From Balanoglossus misakiensis (taxonomy: Eukaryota > Animalia > Hemichordata), in contig CM082592.2 in NCBI GenBank assembly GCA_040954595.2, positions 6,619,577-6,683,576 of the forward strand: a DNA stretch of 64,000 nucleotides, read 5' to 3'. The notes beneath the pieces are model-generated. The model was not told the origin of the DNA and searched no databases. It saw nothing but the letters and a program-made list of their open reading frames with translations. Positions 39,390 through 50,200 of this stretch are shown one piece after another (within the stretch, counting starts at the first letter, position 1; each line of letters starts with the position of its first letter). A program made the position numbers and the translations under genes.

Positions 39390-40190
39390 ACATTCACTTC
39401 ATTTGCTTGTTTTGCAGATACAGAGACCAGAGTGTTTTTCGCCATGCAGCGGTATAGCTGGGTGAGGTAAGGGCAGGTATGTTCCATGGCTGAACGGTAA
39501 TGAATATTACAGACATTAATTCACTTCATTTGCTTGTTTTGCAGATCCAGAGAAGAGATCAACTCATAATGGTATTCATCAACCAAGCTGGGGCCTAACT
39601 GACAAGTTATTTTCGCCATGCAGCAGTATAGCTGGGTGCGGTAAGGGCAGGTATGTTCCATGGCCGAACGATCATGAATATTACAGACATTCACTTCATT
39701 TCCTTGTTTTGCAGATCCAGAGAAGAGATCAACTCATAATGGTATTCATCAACCAAGCTGGGGCCTAACTGACTAGTTATTTTCGCCATGCAGCAGTATA
39801 GCTGGGTGCGGTAAGGGCAGGTATGTTCCATGGCCGAACGATTATGAATATTACAGACATTCACTTAATTTCCTTGTTTTGCAGACCCAGAAACGAGATC
39901 AACTCATAATGGTATTCATCAACCAAGCTGGGGCCTAACTGACAAGTTATTTTCACCATGCAGCAGTATAGCTGGGTGAGGTAAGGGCAGGTATGTTCCA
40001 TGGCCGAACGATCATGAATATTACAGACATTCACTCCATTTCCTTGTTTTGCAGATCCAGAGACGAGATCAACTCATAATGGTATTCACCAACCAAGCTG
40101 GGGCCTAACTGACTAGTTATTTTCGCCATGCAGCGGTATAGCTGGGTGCGGCAATGGCAGTATGTTCAATATGGCTGAACGAAGACCAGG
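39390..40190 (+). repeat. Tandem repeat, 170-bp unit (1 partial + 4 full copies), each with splice-acceptor and donor motifs
   Basis: TTGTTTTGCAG| ends at 39417, 39544, 39714, 39884 and 40054; G|GTAAGG follows at 39467, 39641, 39811 and 39981. Units are nearly identical. Confidence 0.95.
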
Positions 40191-43100
40191 GGTTTCAGGC
40201 AAGGTTTGTCAAGCGATATATGTTTTCAAGGTGGCCATTTTGAAGATTTTTTTTCGATTCAGACTGGTGCCGTTACCCAGTCAAGCGAACTGATTTTGCA
40301 CAAACCTGCATGTAACAATATGGACCCGGTACTATATGTGGATGTCAATTCAAGGTTTTAAAACCGACCTGACTGCTAGATGCAAGGGGCGGCCATTTTG
40401 TTATGGCACAAACATGTTCGCCATCTTTGTAGGAGACATTCATTTACACACTTTTCATTTATTCCAGGGATCCCATAGATGATGCTAAGATGATTGCCAG
40501 CCTGTGTGATCGATATCAAGAGATTACAGCATGATTGTGGGAAGGTAAGAATTGTGGGAAACAAAATTGAGAGGTGTGGATGGGGGGGGGGGGGGGGGTG
40601 TTTGTTCACATTGTCCAGGAGTTGTCGGTTTAACTAAGTACAATTATAAGCTTATATGGGCAGATCTCTATCGTTGTTGCAGTAAAATTTAATCGTGTTG
40701 TCGAATAGAGAGTGAAATTCCAGGCCGCCGTACTGAGTTGCATGATGTACCATCTGCGAATGAAGAACACTTGGCGTACATTCGTGATCATGCTTTGTTT
40801 CATGTCCATGGATATTATAGTCATTCATTTCTACATTGCTTGTTTTGCAGATGCAAAGACCAGATTCGTATCCGGCAACCAAGCTGAGGACGAAGTGTGC
40901 TTTTTCTGAATTTTAGTATTCTTTGCATTGGTAGATTTGTTATCCATCAATGGAGATACAACGAAAATGGTTTGAGCTTCACAGAAGTAATGTACTTACT
41001 TGCTCCTTTTTCATATTGTAAGTATACAGATAATACTGTATACATGTATCCTCTTTTGTTTATGGTTTCTAAACTTTGAAATAAAATTTGTCAATGAAAT
41101 TAAAATGAAATACTTGTTTCTGTATCATTTAATTACCCCAACACTGCACTTCCTTGATGTTGAGAAAATTGAAACAGGTAAGTTCAACAGTAACATACTC
41201 TGCTGTCCCAATGAACCTCAAAAAGCGTCAGGTTTGCAACCATTATAGATACTGACATATGCAAAGAGTTAGTCCAAAGTCATCACAATTTTGGCAAACT
41301 AATTCTAATTTGTCCAATGTCATCATCGAACCACATCGTCCAACTCGGTGAACGTCCACAGAAAATGGCGAATACACTGTAAAGGTGGGGGAAGGGCGCC
41401 CCTTACGCCAATTTTCCATTTGACGTGCAGCCCAGACGACAAAGTTATGGACGGCTCACACCTTTCAATAAATTAGTGTCATAAACATATCGCACACATA
41501 CAGATAAGCTCAGATAAATGATTTTATTAGTGTCATTTGAAATCCTGTACCATTTTATCTTGTCATCACTGTAAATACATCGATGGAAGCTCCAACACAA
41601 AATTAAAATGGATTCGAGAGACCTGTTTCCGTTGATCGCAGGCTGAACCCTTCTTCGCGCACAGCGGGATAATACGAGTCAAGCTGCTTTGACCAAAAAA
41701 TCGTCAATTTACCATATTAGGAAGCATTCTGATGGCCGGAGATATCAATACACATATTTTGACCTTCCCTATTACTCATGTTGTTACAAGGCGTCAAAAT
41801 ATGGCTAGTTTCATCCAACGTGATCGTATCTGTGCTTGGAAGGTTCAATGATGATTTATTTTCAAATGTAGGCTTGGTGAAGGGAAGGAGACTCGGAGGA
41901 AGTCTCAAAGCTGTCAGAAAGAGAGACGCACCAATATTGTTGCCATGTCGACGCTTGTTTCTGTTTTTTTTTGAAGAGTGACCGCCTGCAAAATTACTTC
42001 AAACATCGGCGAGTTTATGATGGTTTGGTTTCAAACATACTCGTCGGAAATAGGGTAGGTATGTATATGAAATAAAAATGCGAGAAACCTTTTCTTCTCA
42101 ACTACATATCCGTCAATGACAGTCAACAGTATATACCGCTCCGCAGCAAATATTTTCATTCACACTTTTTACACACTCTTTCTCTACTTAAAGTTGTTTT
42201 ATCAACAGTTATCTCCAAAACGCCTTTTTCCTGTTGTCCCTTTTAAGCCCGTTGTTGATACGTAGCCTTCCGAATCTCCGATCACACTCACATTAATTTT
42301 GCGTCCTACATATTTGGGTTGGTGCGCTTGCAAGCAGAAGGTAGCTTACTTACCTCAAGGACGGGAAACGACCGACAAAAACACAACTCATCAAATGATG
42401 AGCTGTTTTCGCATTTTCTATCGATTTCATCCCATTTTAGAAAACATGACTAATTGGCTTGTGTGTCACCTACAGAGGGGGTTTGCGAGCCCCTTGCGCA
42501 GAGACACTGGAGTTTTATGGCCCGGGTATAGACACAGTTTGTAGTTTATTAACTGAGCCGAGTCGCATTTTTCATACACTTGTGGACGTCCATAAAATCC
42601 CGCTTCACCACACCAACCAACCAACCAACCGGCGGCTTGTGCGTATAGGGAGATTACGGCTCGGGGTTAAATTCCAGTCTCGGACGCGCTCCGGTATCTT
42701 CGCTGTGCCCGACATTCCCCGGGATCATATCGTCATGCACCGGGTGGCATACAGCAGAGTTTCGTGTGTTACGTATACGCGTGTGTGAGGATTTAAGATA
42801 ACGGTAGATTCACATCGGGACCGCCGGGGCAGCCGTTTGGGATTTCTCTGCAAGGCACGTTCTCCAAGTCTTGTGAATTGGAATTTTGGGGCAACCGAAG
42901 ACCGCTCTCTGGACCGAAGATCTCGACTAACGGCACCACCGCTGACCGACCACCTGTTTGATCTCTCCCCCGTGTGTCACTTTAATCACTGTTTGCATTT
43001 GTCCGACAAGTTTAGCAAGCGAGGCGAGTTTTTCTTCCAATTTTACATAATGTAAACAAGAATGACACCAAGCCTATAAAATCAGATTGTCGCGGATAGT

Positions 43101-43270
43101 GACAGCCTATCGTCACACGTATCACTTGCAAATCTCTGTTGACTCTTGAAGTTGTATCGCAAGACGGTGGCGATGGGTCGCGTAATAGGACAGAACCCTT
43201 GAGACCCGGCCGCTGCTGTTGGGTCCTTCCGCGCCTCTCGGATTCTTTGTGTGTGTATAGTATAGGAACG

Positions 43271-43592
43271 ATGGCTGTCAGCAGAACTGCTGTATTTTAC
43301 CTCGTTTCATTTTTGAGTCTCATCGCCGGCTGCACCTGCACGGTTTACAAAATCGGTTTGCTGATTCCGTGGGACCCGTCGCCGGACCGGCTGTACTCGG
43401 GCCAAACGTCGGCCGGCGCCGCCACGGTGGCCACCGACACGATCAACGCCAATTCGTCCGTCCTACCCAACACCACGCTGGAAGTCGTGTGGAGGGACAC
43501 TGAGTGCGACTCCAAGACCGCCATGGTGGCCGCATTCGATCTTCTACAGAACGAAGGGGTCCTCGCCTACATTGGCCCTCCATGTCCAGAAC
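43271..43592 (+). CDS. First coding exon of an ANF-receptor (periplasmic-binding-fold) membrane receptor, probably a receptor guanylyl cyclase / natriuretic peptide receptor-like protein
   Basis: MAVSRTAVFYLVSFLSLIAGCTC (signal peptide), then YKIGLLIPW...SAGAATVATDTINANSSVLPNTTLEVVWRDTECDS...GVLAYIGPPCPE, which is typical of the ANF_receptor N-terminus. GC-rich codons; ends in a phase-1 donor C|GTAAGT. No second exon was found before the satellite. Confidence 0.85.
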
Positions 43593-46500
43593 GTAAGTAA
43601 CCCTAAGCGTTTTTAGGGGAGGGGATGGGAGGGGGAAGGTAGATGACACATGTGTCAAAAGTTACAGTGCTTTTAGAACTTACAATTCGCCAAGAGTTAA
43701 ACAGAAAAGAACGATGAGCGACAGATGCAATCAGTGTGGGCTTAAAAGAAGATCTTCACAACCGGATCTTCGCTAGTTTGGCGAGCTAAGCAAATCTTTG
43801 ATTATACAGCGCGTTAATAAGTTTCTGAGGCTGATCTGCTAGCGTCATGGTGGTGACACTATCCCAAATACCAAGTGTTGCTGTACGTCGTCGGCGCGGC
43901 ATAATTGAACTGAAACAATTATATGAGCACTCACATGTCATGTACTCTTAAAACAAGCGCATTTAAAGAGATATGTTGTTTTCATAAACATTGTCGTAGG
44001 GTTCAGGTGCTACGTATAAACATAGTACATGTATATGGTACAAATAACGGGTTATCTGCCAAAACATGGCAACCATAGCGTGCTTTTACTGTTGGTTGTT
44101 GCATATGTTTCCACCTCCATAGTTTTCTTGGGGTTTTTAAGTTTGTGTCGACAGGTCTACACAGCGTGCGTTGTTCGATCAAATCTGCGTTGTGTTAGCG
44201 GACTGCATTTGGTGACATGTGGGAATCAAACGTTTTGACTTTGATTCTAAGTATAGCTCCTGGCCTCCGTAGTAAAGTCACTTGAGAACAAGACTTATTA
44301 TAGTGTTATTCTCAACGATACGAGTACCACAATTGTGTGCTCTTTGCAAAAGCGTGATGCGTGCATTTTCTAATCAGAATAGAGTTGCGGTATAGACCAA
44401 CGTAAACACACTGACACAGTATGTAGTTGTACAATACAGCGGCCTGGCCACCTTACACCAATCAAACCCTCGACCACTTAATAATCAACGTTTATGGACT
44501 GAGTAAAGTCGTAAAACTCGAACCGGGATAATCGAGTCAAATCTGCGATCTGCAAAACAAAGTTTACATACCAATGCTTTGTGTCGAGACCATGGCATGT
44601 AAACATATAACATTACAATACAATGTCGAAATCGAATTTCAACCGCTTTTGCGGTGTCAGCGATACATGACCCCGAAGAGACCGGGCGGTGTAACTTCTG
44701 TTTAAAGAGACAAAATTAAATACTTACTGGTTGGAAAGTTCCGGTTTTGTTAAATTCGACGTGTCAGTGGAGAACTCCAAGCTTATCTGCTGATCGAACA
44801 CAACTCATAGGTGCAAAGGAATTTGAGAAACTTGGTAATCTTGAATATCAATGTCGCCCTAAAAGCTTAGAAATCGATTTTTTGGATATTAAAATGTCCG
44901 TTTTATTTACACATCTCGTCTCATCATACCCTAAAAGTGGGTTTGGCCAGATGGACGAGATAAGCTTACCCCCCCCCCCCCCGACTCCCGAAACGCGGGT
45001 CTATTTTTTCAAGTACAGGTTGAAATTCATAGGGCGTGCTTTAAACCTATTACAGACTTCGGTGGTTATACTTTCCTCTATAGATCTTGATTTAACGATG
45101 TTCAGACAACTTTACGGGTATTTTGAGCTTTCGGCGAATTGAGATAGCTGAAATAATTGATTTTTTTGCGATGACTTTTAAGGAGTTATGATTTTCATAC
45201 TTTTGATGTCGTGGGAGTGACCGTATAGTCTGATAAAATCGGGTCACATTTTGTCGTTCACTCGAATAAGTCTCCATTAAAATTAAAGAACGGACTTCGA
45301 CCGGTTTGACACTTGACACCCCTTAAACAAAATCAACACTCGTTACGAACTATAAACTTATTTGTTTTCTATTGTTATGGGTTGCGCTCCGTCATATTTT
45401 CCAGTTATAAGACGGTTATTGCCCTTTCGGGTGTTTTATTTAAAAATCTCATTCGTTAAATCATAGTTCGACCATCAGAAGCTGTAGCAAGGTATTGGTA
45501 TATTGAAATCACAAACAATCTTGACGCCTTCCGAAACATCACATGCACAACATAGACGTAGGCTACGACAGTCCAGAGCGCATACATTCCGGTGTCGTTC
45601 GGAGGAAAACCAAATCGCGAATTGGCAACGCTGACAAGGGCTGTATCTCGGGATTAGTGTAAATCCTTCGCCAAACGCTCGGACAACTTGAAGTCGCTAC
45701 CGTGAGTGCATATGCGACTTCGTTCGTGTATGTGGTAATGTGCTGGTTGCAAACACGTGACATTCGATCGAATCGCCCGAAGAGAACGTTTCGATATCCA
45801 GGCCGGCTGGAAGGGGAAGGGTCAAGGTATAGACCCCGGACACTTCACAGTTATTGTTGCAATGCGTAACTCGGCTATGATTGTCGCTATAATAATGGAA
45901 ACAGAATTCTTCCCTTCAATCCGCATCCTAGTCTTACTCATGCACAGGCCATCTAAGGTATCAACTACATGTATATACATATATGTTGTGTTAGTAAGGT
46001 GAATTATTATTATACTAATCAAAAATAAACTGCAGTATAATACAAACCAAAAAAAAAATACTGAACGCGTAGCGAAAAAATACAGCTAATTGAGTTTTAA
46101 ACATTTTTAGTGACAACACTGTCGTATTGTTCAAATTCACCATTCACCATGCAGTGCTGTTATTGAAACAACAATTTATGAAACTTGACCTAGAGTTCCG
46201 TCGTTCACATACCGGATGTCGTTCACAATTGCAAATCGAGCTCGTTTCTAAGCGACTGAAAAATCCTGCATCTTGCCTGTGCGGTGCAATGCACTGCCAT
46301 TCGGGCGATTTCGTTGCACGGCGCGGTATTATTCAAGAACTCAGCTATAGCTGCATCGTGAAATTTTCGTTTGCTTAGCATAAAGGGTTCGGTATTTACA
46401 CGTACTGTTGAAACGCAACGACAAAGCGACACTACACATTCTAAGAACATATATCTGGCCCTAACTTGATTCCCGGTTTCAAATTGTGAAACTTCACCTT

Positions 46501-46853
46501 CGTAAACATTAAATCTTGCAAAAGATCTCCAAATTAATCCGAAGCGCCTGCTCCGCGTTGGCCGGGTACATACAAGGCACGTACTGGATCCAACACACTT
46601 CTTGAGTGAATGGCGGGGGTGCGGGTTGCCCCCAGCAATGTCATTCGCACAGGTCGTCTGCTATCGTCGTTGACTGGCAACTGCATATCGGCTCTCTGCT
46701 TTCAGAAGCCGGTTGATCGGCCAGTGTTTGAGCCGCGCAAATAGCGCACGAGTGCACAACACGATTTGTATTGTTGAGAAAACGGACCCGTCTCGAGTGT
46801 TGCTTTCTCAAAGTTGTAAGTCACACAACTTCCAGAATCGGCTCGTGCAAGCC

Positions 46854-46960
46854 AGAATGCGCCTCGAAAATCATAGCCTTAAACCTTTTCCTCAAATTGC
46901 TCAAGGAAAATTTAGATCATTCTCTCTTGAAAATGAAAAAAAAGAAGATCAACGTGCATT
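46854..46960 (+). mobile_element. Partial copy of the same MITE family, just upstream of the satellite
   Basis: CTTAAACCTTTTCCTCAAATTGCTCAAGG...ATTCTCTC...GATCAACGTGCA versus CTTAAACTTTTTCTCATATTTTGCTCAAG...ATTCTCTC...GGTCACCGAGCA (reverse complement of 26.9-27.0 kb). It begins AGAATGCGCCTCG, similar to the terminus AGTCTGCGCATCG at about 26715. Confidence 0.55.
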
Positions 46961-47282
46961 ATTCTACACTGTGTAAATGAAACAACAAAATCGTCTCAAA
47001 CTTAAAATTCACAATCAAATTAGTAGCTTTTTCTCTTCTTTGATCCAAAAAAACTTCTCACGCACCTCAATAAACCAAATATATTTACATGTTTTTCAAA
47101 CTTGCTAATTAATATTTGACATTAAAACTCTTCATAGAATAATCAAGTGACGATTGCTTATTTTTGTTGTTGAAAACTACGAAATTTACCATTTTCTTGA
47201 TTTAAAAAATACGACTAGTAAAAGTTGGTTGAGAAGAAGTATCGGTGTGGCAGAACCAGTTATTTCATACATCATGAGATTG

Positions 47283-50200
47283 TTATAGCTCATGAAAATC
47301 ATCAAAAAATTACAATTTTTGGACTTTACGAAATATCAAAATTTCTTCATTTTTTGATAAAAATCATGGGTTATAGCCCATGAAAATCATCCAAAAATGA
47401 CGATTTTTCGACTTTGCGAAATATCAAAATTTCTTCATTTTTTGATAAAAATCATGGGTTATAGCCCATGAAAATCATCCAAAAATGACGATTTTTCGAC
47501 TTTGCGAAATATCAAAATTTCTTCATTTTTTGATAAAAATCATGGGTTATAGCCCATGAAAATCATCCAAAAATGACGATTTTTCGACTTTGCGAAATAT
47601 CAAAATTTCTTCATTTTTTGACAAAAATCATGGGTTATAGCCCATGGAAATCATCCAAAAATGACGATTTTTCGACTTTGCGAAATATCAAAATTTCTTC
47701 ATTTTTTGACAAAAATCATGGGTTATAGCCCATGATAATCATCCAAAAATGACGATTTTTCGACTTTGCGAAATATCAAAATTTCTTCATTTTTTCATAA
47801 AAATCATGGGTTATAGCCCATGAAAATCATCCAAAAATGACGATTTTTCGACTTTGCGAAATATCAAAATTTCTTCATTTTTTCATAAAAATCATGGGTT
47901 ATAGCCCATGAAAATCATCCAAAAATGACGATTTCTCGACTTTGCGAAATATCAAAATTTCTTCATTTTTTCATAAAAATCATGGGTTATAGCCCATGAA
48001 AATCATCCAAAAATGACGATTTTTCGACTTTGCGAAATATCAAAATTTCTTCATTATTTCATAAAAATCATGGGTTATAGCCCATGAAAATCATCCAAAA
48101 ATGACGATTTTTCGACTTTGCGAAATATCAAAATTTCTTCATTATTTCATAAAAATCATGGGTTATAGCCCATGGAAATCATCCAAAAATGACGATTTTT
48201 CGACTTTGCGAAATATCAAAATTTCTTCATTTTTTCATAAAAATCATGGGTTATAGCCCATGATAATCATCCAAAAATGACGATTTTTCGACTTTGCGAA
48301 ATATCAAAATTTCTTCATTTTTTCATAAAAATCATGGGTTATAGCCCATGAAAATCATCCAAAAATGACGATTTTTCGACTTTGCGAAATATCAAAATTT
48401 CTTCATTTTTTCATAAAAATCATGGGTTATAGCCCATGAAAATCATCCAAAAATGACGATTTCTCGACTTTGCGAAATATCAAAATTTCTTCATTTTTTC
48501 ATAAAAATCATGGGTTATAGCCCATGAAAATCATCCAAAAATGACGATTTTTCGACTTTGCGAAATATCAAAATTTCTTCATTATTTCATAAAAATCATG
48601 GGTTATAGCCCATGAAAATCATCCAAAAATGACGATTTTTCGACTTTGCGAAATATCAAAATTTCTTCATTATTTCATAAAAATCATGGGTTATAGCCCA
48701 TGGAAATCATCCAAAAATGACGATTTTTCGACTTTGCGAAATATCAAAATTTCTTCATTTTTTCATAAAAATCATGGGTTATAGCCCATGAAAATCATCC
48801 AAAAATGACGATTTTTCGACTTTGCGAAATATCAAAATTTCTTCATTTTTTCATAAAAATCATGGGTTATAGCCCATGAAAATCATCCAAAAATGACGAT
48901 TTTTCGACTTTGCGAAATATCAAAATTTCTTCATTTTTTGACAAAAATCATGGGTTATAGCCCATGAAAATCATCCAAAAATGACGATTTTTCGACTTTG
49001 CGAAATATCAAAATTTCTTCATTTTTTGATAAAAATCATGGGTTATAGCCCATGAAAATCATCCAAAAATGACGATTTTTCGACTTTGCGAAATATCAAA
49101 ATTTCTTCATTTTTTCATAAAAATCATTGGTTATAGCCCATGAAAATCATCCAAAAATGACGATTTTTCGACTTTGCGAAATATCAAAATTTCTTCATTA
49201 TTTCATAAAAATCATGGGTTATAGCCCATGAAAATCATCCAAAAATGACGATTTTTCGACTTTGCGAAATATCAAAATTTCTTCATTTTTTCATAAAAAT
49301 CATGGGTTATAGCCCATGAAAATCATCCAAAAATGACGATTTTTCGACTTTGCGGAATATCAAAATTTCTTCATTATTTCATAAAAATCATGGGTTATAG
49401 CCCATGAAAATCATCCAAAAATGACGATTTTTCGACTTTGCGAAATATCAAAATTTCTTCATTATTTCATAAAAATCATGGGTTATAGCCCATGGAAATC
49501 ATCCAAAAATGACGATTTTTCGACTTTGCGAAATATCAAAATTTCTTCATTTTTTCATAAAAATCATGGGTTATAGCCCATGAAAATCATCCAAAAATGA
49601 CGATTTTTCGACTTTGCGAAATATCAAAATTTCTTCATTTTTTCATAAAAATCATGGGTTATAGCCCATGAAAATCATCCAAAAATGACGATTTTTCGAC
49701 TTTGCGAAATATCAAAATTTCTTCATTTTTTGACAAAAATCATGGGTTATAGCCCATGAAAATCATCCAAAAATGACGATTTTTCGACTTTGCGAAATAT
49801 CAAAATTTCTTCATTTTTTGATAAAAATCATGGGTTATAGCCCATGAAAATCATCCAAAAATGACGATTTTTCGACTTTGCGAAATATCAAAATTTCTTC
49901 ATTTTTTGATAAAAATCATGGGTTATAGCCCATGAAAATCATCCAAAAATGACGATTTTTCGACTTTGCGAAATATCAAAATTTCTTCATTTTTTCACAA
50001 AAATCATGGGTTATAGCCCATGAAAATCATCCAAAAATGACGATTTTTCGACTTTGCGAAATATCAAAATTTCTTCATTTTTTCATAAAAATCATGGGTT
50101 ATAGCCCATGAAAATCATCCAAAAATGACGATTTTTCGACTTTGCGAAATATCAAAATTTCTTCATTTTTTCATAAAAATCATGGGTTATAGCCCATGAA

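Noticed and set aside
39545-40150. Protein-coding tandem 96-nt exons
   Set aside because: Only one of four copies is open in the phase-1 frame, and the other two frames have stops in all copies. Kept only as a non-coding candidate.
41240-41990. Possible minus-strand exons (including a Cys-rich LVCQNCDDFGLTLCIC stretch)
   Set aside because: Short, no continuous frame could be built, and no recognisable homology.
43593-47280. Second exon of the receptor gene
   Set aside because: Candidate acceptors checked (about 44154 and 46652) lead to stops or to sequence unlike the ANF-receptor continuation.
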